In this document: in pieces, positions 51,373 through 60,037 of the stretch
How the letters are laid out: each line of letters begins with the position of its first letter
How positions within the stretch are numbered: position 1 is the stretch's first letter
Origin: an uncultured bacterium
GTDB lineage: Bacteria > Acidobacteriota > HRBIN11 > JAKEFK01
Assembly: GCA_963777505.1 (NCBI GenBank)
Contig: CAVZQN010000008.1
Span: forward strand, 64,001-128,000
Length of the DNA: 64,000 nucleotides
Direction of reading: 5' to 3'
Made by a program: the position numbers and the translations under genes
Notes under the pieces: model-generated
Told to the model about the DNA's origin: nothing
The model's input: only the letters and a program-made list of their open reading frames with translations
The model's database searches: none

Positions 51373-52403
51373 CTAAGAATTAATCGAATTCTTACTGACT
51401 GACTTTAGTGCTGCGATTTCTTCCGCTAATTCCTGTGCTTTCTTTTGATCCGAAGCTGAAGTGTCGGCGGATTTTTCCAACGTCTCGCGATGTTCCGCTG
51501 ATTTCTGCTCAATAGATTTCGCAATATCAGAAGCGGAAGATGCGAGTTCTGCAGTGGCCGCTTGCGCTGCTGCTGCGGCCGCCAAACCTGCTCCGCGCTA
51601 CTGTCCCTGCTGTAACTCCAACACCGACTGCTGCTGTTCCTACCGCAATTCCCGCATTCGCTGCGAACGTTCCTGCAGCAATACCCATAGCTACTGGAAT
51701 AGCACCTGCCGCAATTGCCACGTCCTTTGCCGCCGTTCCTGCTGCGATTCCTTCTCCCACTGCCGCACTGCCCGCTGCCGCTCCCGCACCAATTGCTGCG
51801 GCTCCAACACCTGCTGCTGCTGTTCCTGCTGCAACTCCCGCACCAGCTGCGGCCGCACCGGCGGCTGCACCCAACGCCTGTAGCTGCTGATACGGCTGTT
51901 CCAATCACAGCAGCGCCACCTGTTACAACGGATACGGCAGCTTGAGTTGCCGCTTGCGTGGCGGTTAATTTTGCAGAAAGAATTTCAGAAATCGTCTTAT
52001 CGGCTAATGCGGCCTTTTTCGTTTCTGCTTCTTGCGGTGCCCCTTTCTTTGAAGCGATCGCTTCATTCGCCGCACTAGAAATGCCTGTTGCCGCCGCCCC
52101 ACCTGCTGCCGCTGCAGCTGATCCAATTGACGCTGCGCTGGAACCAATACCAGCAGCGGCTCCCATACCAGCGGTTGCACTGGCAGCGACCACTGAAGTC
52201 CCGAATGCCATCCATGCAGCATCCCTCTCTTTTTCGTGTCTTTTTTCAGCCTCTTTTATTTGAGATTCTTCAAATAAATCCTTAGGTGCTGTAGAAATTC
52301 CACCTTGGAATGCTTTCGTTTTCGATTCTGATGACTTTGAAGAATCTTCTATTTTGTTTTCAACCGATCCAATGATTCCTTCCACTACTTTCTTAATCTG
52401 CAT
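51373..52403 (-). CDS. Ala/Gly-rich protein of unknown function, two frameshifts (about 51871 and 51595)
   Basis: Three overlapping minus-strand ORFs join into one ~340-aa protein; AGGAGG RBS. Confidence 0.7.
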
Positions 52404-52446
52404 TCTCTCCTCCTGTGCCGCTTTTCAGCAGTTCGATTCAATACAC

Positions 52447-52463
52447 TGCAACCGAAGTGCCAA
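52447..52463 (-). promoter_or_regulatory. Sigma54 promoter
   Basis: TTGGCACTTCGGTTGCA, a consensus -24/-12 element. Confidence 0.8.
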
Positions 52464-52599
52464 CGCCGTTGACGAGGAGTGAAGTCTGGAAAGACAGGTT
52501 TTAAGCAACTGTTGTTACTTTCTAGTTGGACAATAGTTGCTGAGGAGAATGGTGCAGGGAGGCGATGTAGGCCTCGCCTCCCTCTAAGATCGAAAGACC

Positions 52600-54468
52600 T
52601 TATTGCACGCAAACTTCTGCAACATTCAGTGAGGTAAACCTGGATTGATATCCGAAGGTTCCCGATTGAAGATTACCGCGGGGTGGAGTTGTTATGACTG
52701 GAGTACCATCGATCGAAACAATGATATTCGTTCCATCAAACTCTACATCGACCGTGTAGAAAGTATTCGCTGCAAAATCAAAATTAGTTTTTACTTTCTG
52801 ACGGCGGACTCCATTTTCTTTTTCTACTAATACGATTTTGCCAGTGCTCGACTTAATCTGAATTTCTAACGTGTTCTTTTTGTTAACGAAATGAGTCAGG
52901 ATCCACGCTTTGGTTGTAGTCGCGCCGGTAATTGAGATGACCGAACGGAATCTGCAAGTTAAACATCCTGTAAAAGTAAAAGGCGCAGTAACAACAGCCT
53001 TTTTGCCTGTTGGAGTACCAACCAGATTTCCTCCAGTTTCAACCCAGGACGGTTTAACGACAATCCAATCAAAAATTCCATTTTCAAAATCATCCACAAA
53101 GAGCCCACTGCAACTAACTCCTGCAACAATGATTGTGTAGCCACGGCTGCCGCTGCATCCACCCGCATCTGTGGCAGTCACTGTGAATGAAAAACTTCCG
53201 CTGACTGTTGGTGTGCCTGAAATAACACCTGTTGTTGGATGCAATGAAAGTCCTTGAGGTAATGCACCGTTACTGATGCTGAAAACGATTGGCGCAATAC
53301 CACCAGCAACTGAAACGCTTTCGGAATAGGGAGTCCCGAGAGTACCGTCAGGCAATGATGAAGGTGACACTACGATGGCAAGACCAGGCGGGACAAAACG
53401 TACGGCACCAGCACCTCGGCCCGGACCATTTAAATTAACGGCATGCGCTACTGCACCTGTTGCCGTAAAAGGAGCTTCAACAAATGCAGCCATTAGATCG
53501 GTTTGAGTCGTACCGCTATTTCCTGTAAGGATTGCTAGCTGTCCGTCACTGCTGATCCCAATATCTTCAAACCCAAGTGTTCCTCCAAGTGGCGGCAATG
53601 GAATCTGCTCAAAAGTAGAAGACGATGTAAATGGTGCAGCGACTGCAAACACACGAGCGAACGTAGCTGAAACGACAAGCGCTGTATTTCCATCAGGCGT
53701 GATGTTGATTCCATCCGGCGCCACCGCTAAAGGAATTGGAAGGAATTGAGGCGTGGAAGCGGCTGAAAATGGCGCAGTAAAAATTCTGATTCCTGAAGTA
53801 GAAAGATCCGTTACAAGCAATTTATCCCCTGCAGGATTGATTGCGATCGCTCCGCTTAAATTGTTGAAGCTCACCGGAATCGTGAACGCAATGCTTGTAT
53901 AAGGCGGATCAAGAACGGAAATACCTGCGGAATGATAGACGTATGCACGACTGTTCGCATCAAACACGATCGCTTGTGTTTGATAACTTTGAACGCCTCC
54001 CGGCAGTGTCACCTGCGTAATTGTGGATGACGAATCAAATGGCGCATGAATCACATTTAAGGTGACTGAAAAACCGATTGCCAGCGCATGTGAAAGACCT
54101 GGCGCAACAGCGATCGTACCTGTTCCGTTATAATTCGGCGCGGTATTAATTGTTGAAAGCAATGATGCATTCGATACATCAACCACAAATACGCGCGAGT
54201 TATTGAAATCAGAAACTAAAGCGCGATTACAGCCGAAATAAGAAACACCGTGCGGATCAGCGTTTGCCGGTAGTCCCGTCACATTCATTTGAGTGGGATT
54301 TGGCAAAGCGCTATCCGGAGTAGGAAAAACAATTGCTAAAGATCCATCTCCAGCAGTTCCAATAATCGCTTGACCCATTGCTACCACTGGAATCAAAAAT
54401 GCAAAAAGGCTGCAAAGAACAAGTGCTTTCGAAAAAACTTTTTGTGTAAGCCTTAGAATCCTGATCAT
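52600..54468 (-). CDS. Secreted beta-propeller-like protein with putative Ig domain and C-terminal beta-sandwich
   Basis: Signal peptide; repeated PPF/APF propeller blades; Ig motif LPQGLSL..TGVISGTPT..GSFSFTVTATD; C-terminal LFVDDFENG domain. Confidence 0.7.
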   Translation of the reverse strand: MIRILRLTQKVFSKALVLCSLFAFLIPVVAMGQAIIGTAGDGSLAIVFPTPDSALPNPTQMNVTGLPANADPHGVSYFGCNRALVSDFNNSRVFVVDVSNASLLSTINTAPNYNGTGTIAVAPGLSHALAIGFSVTLNVIHAPFDSSSTITQVTLPGGVQSYQTQAIVFDANSRAYVYHSAGISVLDPPYTSIAFTIPVSFNNLSGAIAINPAGDKLLVTDLSTSGIRIFTAPFSAASTPQFLPIPLAVAPDGINITPDGNTALVVSATFARVFAVAAPFTSSSTFEQIPLPPLGGTLGFEDIGISSDGQLAILTGNSGTTQTDLMAAFVEAPFTATGAVAHAVNLNGPGRGAGAVRFVPPGLAIVVSPSSLPDGTLGTPYSESVSVAGGIAPIVFSISNGALPQGLSLHPTTGVISGTPTVSGSFSFTVTATDAGGCSGSRGYTIIVAGVSCSGLFVDDFENGIFDWIVVKPSWVETGGNLVGTPTGKKAVVTAPFTFTGCLTCRFRSVISITGATTTKAWILTHFVNKKNTLEIQIKSSTGKIVLVEKENGVRRQKVKTNFDFAANTFYTVDVEFDGTNIIVSIDGTPVITTPPRGNLQSGTFGYQSRFTSLNVAEVCVQ

Positions 54469-54590
54469 ACTTCCTCCTATTTTCAAATCGCAGTCGAAAA
54501 GAAAAGTGCGCAACGAATTATTGCGTTGTCTGCCGGGTTGAAGAACTGCCAATCGGTATGAAAGACGCCATAACTTTCGACAGGTCTCGC

Positions 54591-54619
54591 TTGATCTTCG
54601 CTTTTTCTTCGCCTATGAT
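54591..54619 (+). promoter_or_regulatory. dnaE2 promoter with overlapping SOS-box-like direct repeat
   Basis: TTGATC-17 nt-TATGAT; CTTC-N7-CTTC at 54596-54610. Confidence 0.6.
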
Positions 54620-54667
54620 GTCAGTCGGAGGAACCGGCGAGGTAGAGTCTTTTTTCTACAGCCCCGT

Positions 54668-57600
54668 GTGGAAGAGTTGTATACGCATCTTCATATACAC
54701 AGCGCATTTTCTTTGCTTGAAGGGGCATTCAGCATCCCACAATTGTTGTTTCGCGCCCAGGAAATGCAAATGCCTGTGGTTACTCTTACAGATACAAACG
54801 GATTGTATGGTGCTATCACCTTTTATAAATTCGCAAAACAACTTGGGATCAAACCGATTATCGGTTGTTGTTTGAAATCGGAAGATGGCTCCGCAGTTTT
54901 AATCGCAAAAAATATATTAGGCTTCTGTCAGATTTCGCAGATTGTAACAGCCCGCCACCTGGTTGAAAAATTTTCGCTTCGCAAAGATCTCCAAAAACTC
55001 GCCTATACTTCCGATCCACAGATATTTGTAATTTCATCCGATGAAACTTTGCTTCAAGCTCTGGCGGCTAATTGTTGGGATTTATCTCACTTATTTGTTG
55101 AGCTTGTTCGGGCGAACGGTAAGGCTGAAGAAAAAAAACTCCGTAGATTGTGCGACCTTGCCAGTCACTTACGGATCGGCGTTGTGGCAACAAATGATGT
55201 TCATTTTTTGCATCCACCAGACCATTTACTTCATCGCATTCTGACTGCAGTTGGCAATTTATCTCACTGGATGGACTCTTCTCTACCCATCACAACGGAA
55301 GAATGCTGGCTTAAAACACCGGATCAAATGGAATCACTGTTTTCGGATTTGCCTGAAGCTCTGCAAAATACAGTTCTAATTGCAGAACAGTGTGATCTGA
55401 ATCTTGAACTCGGCAAATATACATTCCCTGAATTTCATCCACCCGATGGAAAACCTTCATCGGAATTTTTTGAAACGTTATGCCGCAATGGATTGCGTGC
55501 ACGTTACAACAAAATTCCAGCTGAAGCAGAAGATCGTTTGCGCCGTGAATTGGAAGTTGTTCGAAGACTTGGATTCGCAGAATATTTTCTGGTTGTCTGG
55601 GACATTTTGCGATATGCGCGTGAGCAAAATATCCATTGGGTCGGACGCGGCTCCGCAGCAAACAGCATTGTTTCCTATGCGCTTGGAATTACAAATGTAG
55701 ATCCGGTTCGATACAACCTGTTTTTCGAACGTTTCTTAAATCCTGAACGTAAATCTCCGCCTGATATTGATGTGGACTTCGGCTGGAAAGAACGCGATCA
55801 AATCCTGGCTTACGTTTATGAACGTTATGGGCATGATCGCGTCGCGATGATCTGTACATATGTTACGTTCAGCGCTCGCCTTGCGGTGCGTGAAATCGGT
55901 AAAGCGATGGGGTTACCTGATGAGGAAATTACAGCAGTATCTTCCAGGCTTCCTTATGGCGCCGACGCAAAAGCGTTGCTTCAAGATCCTTCGCAATTTC
56001 CAGAAGCCCGCGATTTGCCATTGGATCAAGAACCATTTCGGCAAATTCTCCGGCTTGCCGCACACATCGATGGATTTCCGCGGCATCTTTCAATTCATGC
56101 GGGAGGTATTGTTATTGCGCCTTATCCAATTACTCAAATGGTTCCGCTTCAACGGGCAGCCAAAGGATTAGTGGTCACTCAATATGACATGTACGGAGTG
56201 GAAGATATCGGATTGGTGAAAATTGATTTGCTGGCACAACGGTCACTGTCAGTGTTCGATGATGTAATAAAAATTCTGAAATCCAGAAATGGTTCTTCAG
56301 GTGCCTTAATTCAGAACCTTTACGATTATGACTTTCTGGAAAACGATTGCAGAGTCAAAGAATTAGTGCGGACCGGAAACACAATTGGTTGTTTCTACAT
56401 CGAATCACCTGCAATGAGACAGCTTTTGCAAAAATTGCGAGTTGATAATTTCGAAGATCTGACTGCGGCAAGTTCGGTGATCCGCCCTGGAGTCGCAGAA
56501 AGCGGAATGATGCAGCAATACATCCGCAGAAAAACTGGAGAAGAGCCTGTCTCATATCTTCATCCGAAAATGGAATCACTGTTGAGCGAAACCTGCGGAG
56601 TCATGATCTACCAGGAAGATGTAATTCGAGTCGCTCATGAGATTGCAGGAATGAGTCTGGGTGAAGCTGATTTATTAAGACGGGCAATGAGTGGGAAAGA
56701 ACGTTCACCGATAAAAATGGATGAGATGGAACGTCAGTTTTTGGAAAAAGCAACTGCGAAAAAAGTTGATCCTGATATTGCAAAAGAAATCTGGCGGCAA
56801 ATTTCGAGCTTCGCAGCCTATGCATTTTGCAAAGCTCATAGCGCATCGTTTGCACAACTTTCGCTTCAGGTCACATATTTACGCGCATATTATCCAGCCG
56901 ATTTCATGGCAGCCGTACTTACAAATCAAGGCGGCTTCTATACAACGATGTCTTATATCGAAGAATCACGACGCATGGGATTGCGAATTCTTCCTCCTGA
57001 CGTGCAAAAAGGTGAATTCTTTTACACAGCTGAAGGACCGCATGCGATTCGGGTTGGACTCATGCAAGTAAAAGATGTAGCAGCGAAACACTGGGAAGCA
57101 TTTCATGAAGAACGCGCAAAGGAACAATTCGAAAACTTTACAGATTTTCTGCTGCGTACACAATTTAATGAAGCCGAGCTGGAAAATCTAATTAAGTGCG
57201 GCGCATGCGATTCGTTTGCATTGAACAGGCCGCAAATGTTGTGGGTCCTGAAGGCCACATTTTCTTCCATCGTTCAACAGCGAAATCGTTCAAGTCTTAT
57301 CGGAGCTTCAATCATTCGTACTCCGAATGCGCCAAGATTGCGGGACTATACTGACGATCAAAAACTCAGGTGGGAGCTTCAATTGCTCGATGTGGGCGTA
57401 ACAAAACATCCATTACATTTGTTTAAACCATGGAAGCAAGTACGGAATTTTGTACCAGCAAAACATTTGAAAGATTATAAAGATGAATATGTTCAGCTGA
57501 TCGGATGGCTTGTCACAACAAAACCATCCAGCACACGCAAGAATGAACGGATGCTATTTGCAACGTTTGAAGATACTGAAACTTTATTCGAAACCACTCT

Positions 57601-57721
57601 GTTCCCACGCACCTACAACAAATGCGCCCACCTGTTGGTAAACAGAGGACCGTATCTGGTACAAGGAAATGTGAATGAAGACCACGGCGTATTCAGCCTG
57701 AATGTTGAGGAGTACGACTGA
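54668..57721 (+). CDS. dnaE2: Error-prone DNA polymerase III alpha, DnaE2-type
   Basis: PHP domain, GRGSAANS, PDIDVDF, FPRHLSIHAGG, FCKAHSASFA and an OB fold; 1017 aa with no tau-binding tail. Confidence 0.85.
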   Translation: MEELYTHLHIHSAFSLLEGAFSIPQLLFRAQEMQMPVVTLTDTNGLYGAITFYKFAKQLGIKPIIGCCLKSEDGSAVLIAKNILGFCQISQIVTARHLVEKFSLRKDLQKLAYTSDPQIFVISSDETLLQALAANCWDLSHLFVELVRANGKAEEKKLRRLCDLASHLRIGVVATNDVHFLHPPDHLLHRILTAVGNLSHWMDSSLPITTEECWLKTPDQMESLFSDLPEALQNTVLIAEQCDLNLELGKYTFPEFHPPDGKPSSEFFETLCRNGLRARYNKIPAEAEDRLRRELEVVRRLGFAEYFLVVWDILRYAREQNIHWVGRGSAANSIVSYALGITNVDPVRYNLFFERFLNPERKSPPDIDVDFGWKERDQILAYVYERYGHDRVAMICTYVTFSARLAVREIGKAMGLPDEEITAVSSRLPYGADAKALLQDPSQFPEARDLPLDQEPFRQILRLAAHIDGFPRHLSIHAGGIVIAPYPITQMVPLQRAAKGLVVTQYDMYGVEDIGLVKIDLLAQRSLSVFDDVIKILKSRNGSSGALIQNLYDYDFLENDCRVKELVRTGNTIGCFYIESPAMRQLLQKLRVDNFEDLTAASSVIRPGVAESGMMQQYIRRKTGEEPVSYLHPKMESLLSETCGVMIYQEDVIRVAHEIAGMSLGEADLLRRAMSGKERSPIKMDEMERQFLEKATAKKVDPDIAKEIWRQISSFAAYAFCKAHSASFAQLSLQVTYLRAYYPADFMAAVLTNQGGFYTTMSYIEESRRMGLRILPPDVQKGEFFYTAEGPHAIRVGLMQVKDVAAKHWEAFHEERAKEQFENFTDFLLRTQFNEAELENLIKCGACDSFALNRPQMLWVLKATFSSIVQQRNRSSLIGASIIRTPNAPRLRDYTDDQKLRWELQLLDVGVTKHPLHLFKPWKQVRNFVPAKHLKDYKDEYVQLIGWLVTTKPSSTRKNERMLFATFEDTETLFETTLFPRTYNKCAHLLVNRGPYLVQGNVNEDHGVFSLNVEEYD

Positions 57722-58185
57722 ATCTGAACGATCAAAGAGGAAACAGAAAGTGAAATCAAAAGCTCACAGAACGAAGGATTAGATCTTAGAAAAAGAACAA
57801 AGGATTTTGCGTTAAGAATCATCCGCCTATACAAAGCACTTCCCAAGACAAATGAAGCTCGAATTTTGGGCTATCAGGTGCTCAGAAGCGGAACTTCCAT
57901 TGGCGCCAACTTTCGAGAAGGGGTTCGAGCGCGTTCCTCAGCAGAATTTGTGAGCAAGATGGAAACTGCATTGCAGGAGTTGGAAGAAACAATGTATTGG
58001 TTAGAGTTATTGCAAGAAATTGGTGCTATTCAAGCATATCGATTGGAAAAACTCATAAAAGAAGCAGATGAACTAACAGCTATTCTTGTAACTTCCGTAA
58101 AAACAGTAAAACGCCGCCACTTGAACGTCAAATAGATCTGTCTTCAAAAGATCCTTTCCTCTTTCATCGTTCATCTTTCATCGTT
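57713..58185. mobile_element. Putative cassette: 7-nt-periodic inverted arms enclosing a four-helix-bundle gene
   Basis: 57725-57743 tgaacgatcaaagaggaaa matches the reverse complement of 58155-58173 at 18/19 nt. Mobility is inferred, not shown. Confidence 0.55.
57731..58135 (+). CDS. Four-helix-bundle protein (23S rRNA IVP/TIGR02436-like); start codon uncertain
   Basis: Frame is open from 57728: DLRKRTKDFALRIIRLYKALP...QVLRSGTSIGANFREG..ARS.AEF.SKM..ALQELEET.YWLELL...EADELTAIL. Confidence 0.88.
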   Translation: MKEETESEIKSSQNEGLDLRKRTKDFALRIIRLYKALPKTNEARILGYQVLRSGTSIGANFREGVRARSSAEFVSKMETALQELEETMYWLELLQEIGAIQAYRLEKLIKEADELTAILVTSVKTVKRRHLNVK

Positions 58186-58189
58186 AAAC

Positions 58190-58218
58190 AAAAAAGCCCT
58201 GGAATGAACCAGGGCTTT
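58190..58218 (-). terminator. Intrinsic terminator of the microprotein transcript
   Basis: Minus strand reads aaagccctgg-ttcatt-ccagggcTTTTTT. Confidence 0.8.
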
Positions 58219-58290
58219 AAAAGTTTCCCAGCATCTCCATGAGCCACAGGCTAAATAAGGAGGAACCGGCAGCTCAAAAGGAGTAAATAT

Positions 58291-58350
58291 CTATTTCTTC
58301 TTTGCCGGTGATTTTTTCTTGGCTGCCTTTTTTCCTTTCTTTTTTGCCAT
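58291..58350 (-). CDS. 19-aa Lys-rich microprotein MAKKKGKKAAKKKSPAKKK
   Basis: AAGGAGGAAATGA-ATG RBS, open to TAG, with its own downstream terminator; too short for the ORF track. Confidence 0.7.
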   Translation of the reverse strand: MAKKKGKKAAKKKSPAKKK

Positions 58351-58431
58351 TCATTTCCTCCTTTGGCTTTTCCCTGATCCACAAAAGATCGGGAAAGTTA
58401 AAATTAGTTACACTATATATAGTATAAAAGG

Positions 58432-59175
58432 GTGACTCAGGTCAATACTGTGAATGAAGAAAAATATTCGGTTGATAGTATTTGGGATCCAACGATCAAA
58501 ATTCAGCAATCGCGAAAAGGGTATCGTTTCGCGATTGATTCAGTTTTGCTTGCGCATTTTCTTCGATTAAATTCTGATGAAGAAGCGTTAGAAATCGGTT
58601 GTGGAAACGGAATTATTCTTGTTCTGCTTTCGCATTTGCAGAAATATAAACGACTGATTGGTGTGGAAATTCAAAATGAATTAGCCGAGCTTGCCCGCTT
58701 GAATATAAAAAACAATCACGCGGAAAAAGTGGAAATTATCGAGGCTGATGCTCTTGAACTTTCAGAAAGACTTCAGAAGAATTCATTCCATCTACTTTAT
58801 TCAAACCCTCCCTATCGAAAAGTCGGAACAGGCAGACTCAATCCATCAACAGAAAAAGCCCTCGCGCGTCATGAAGTGCGATTCAAGCTAAAAGATCTAC
58901 TGAATCTTGCGGAAGAATTTCTAATCGATCGCGGCCGGCTTAGTGTAATTCTTCCTTCGTTTCGTGAAGAAGATTGGATGAAGTTACTGGGAGCGACTCA
59001 ATATTTCGTTCAAACCCGGCAATATGTATATTCATTTCCCAATGCTCCGCCTGCCTTTATTTTGCTAACTGTTGCCAAACACGAATCGACAATCGACGAA
59101 AAGCACCCACTAACAATCTATACACAACCTGGAAAATACACACACGAAATGGCTGCATTGCTCACAAAGCAGTAA
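58432..59175 (+). CDS. tRNA1(Val) adenine-N6 methyltransferase family
   Basis: GYRFAIDSVLLA, EIGCGNG, GVEIQ, SNPPY and ARHE. Confidence 0.85.
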   Translation: MTQVNTVNEEKYSVDSIWDPTIKIQQSRKGYRFAIDSVLLAHFLRLNSDEEALEIGCGNGIILVLLSHLQKYKRLIGVEIQNELAELARLNIKNNHAEKVEIIEADALELSERLQKNSFHLLYSNPPYRKVGTGRLNPSTEKALARHEVRFKLKDLLNLAEEFLIDRGRLSVILPSFREEDWMKLLGATQYFVQTRQYVYSFPNAPPAFILLTVAKHESTIDEKHPLTIYTQPGKYTHEMAALLTKQ

Positions 59176-59221
59176 CCGAGAGCTTTCAAACCAACCCCCT
59201 TCGTGGTATATAACATGGCTC

Positions 59222-60034
59222 ATGTTTCAGAGTCTACGAAATCTATATCGGTACCGGACACTCGTTCACAGTATGGTTGTCCGAGAACTAAAAGCGCGTT
59301 ATCGCGGATCAATACTCGGCTTCTTCTGGTCTTTCATCAATCCGCTTTTGCTTCTGATGGTTTATACAATTGTGTTCAATTACATTCTTCCAAACCGTGG
59401 AGTTGAACTTCAACCTTATGCCTTGTTTTTGTTTTGCGGATTATTGCCGTGGACATGGTTTTCATCTGCCTTGCTCGAAGCCTCTAATGTCATTATTGCA
59501 GGCGGAACTTTAATTAAGAAGATTATCTTTCCTGCAGAAGTCCTCCCATTTGTTTCCGTAATTGCAAACATGATCCACTTTCTTTTGGGAACACCGATTC
59601 TTTTTGCATTCATCTTGATCTATAAAGTCCCATTAAGCTGGAATGCACTTTTCTTTCCTTTAATTATTTTTATTCAACTGATACTCACGCTTGGATTTTC
59701 ACTTTGGATTTCATCCTTAAGCGTGCATTTTCGTGATTTGCGTGACATTCTAGCAAACTTACTAACGCTCTGGTTTTTTTGCACGCCAGTTATTTATCCT
59801 TTTAATCTCTCGTTGATTCAGGATTCCCAACATTTGATCGCGCGTATTTTTAAACACGTACTCTATTTGAACCCTGTTTCTTATTTAATGGATGCGTATC
59901 ATCAATCTCTTTTTCACGGACATTTACCTGATTTTCGTCGTCTGGGAATCGTTTTTTTGGTGAGTATTGCGGTCTTTCTCTCTGGCTATTTTGTTTTCGA
60001 TAGATTGCGTGACACCTTTGCTGAGGAAGTTTAA
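59222..60034 (+). CDS. wzm: Polysaccharide ABC transporter permease
   Basis: RELKARYRGSILGFFWSFINPL, FRD and TPVIYP. Confidence 0.88.
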   Translation: MFQSLRNLYRYRTLVHSMVVRELKARYRGSILGFFWSFINPLLLLMVYTIVFNYILPNRGVELQPYALFLFCGLLPWTWFSSALLEASNVIIAGGTLIKKIIFPAEVLPFVSVIANMIHFLLGTPILFAFILIYKVPLSWNALFFPLIIFIQLILTLGFSLWISSLSVHFRDLRDILANLLTLWFFCTPVIYPFNLSLIQDSQHLIARIFKHVLYLNPVSYLMDAYHQSLFHGHLPDFRRLGIVFLVSIAVFLSGYFVFDRLRDTFAEEV

Positions 60035-60037
60035 GAC

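Noticed and set aside
51426-51870. Cys/Arg-rich C-terminus (CSRRCGRSWCG...) in the 325-aa ORF
   Set aside because: It is an out-of-frame reading of GCN/GGN codons after a frameshift; the Ala/Gly frame is the coherent one.
51461-52285. Plus-strand Ala/Pro-rich or Cys-rich ORFs
   Set aside because: They are antisense shadows of the low-complexity minus-strand gene and have no expression signals.
57731-58135. Diversity-generating retroelement (Avd-like four-helix bundle) or rRNA intervening sequence
   Set aside because: No reverse transcriptase, no template/variable repeat pair and no rRNA gene in the window.
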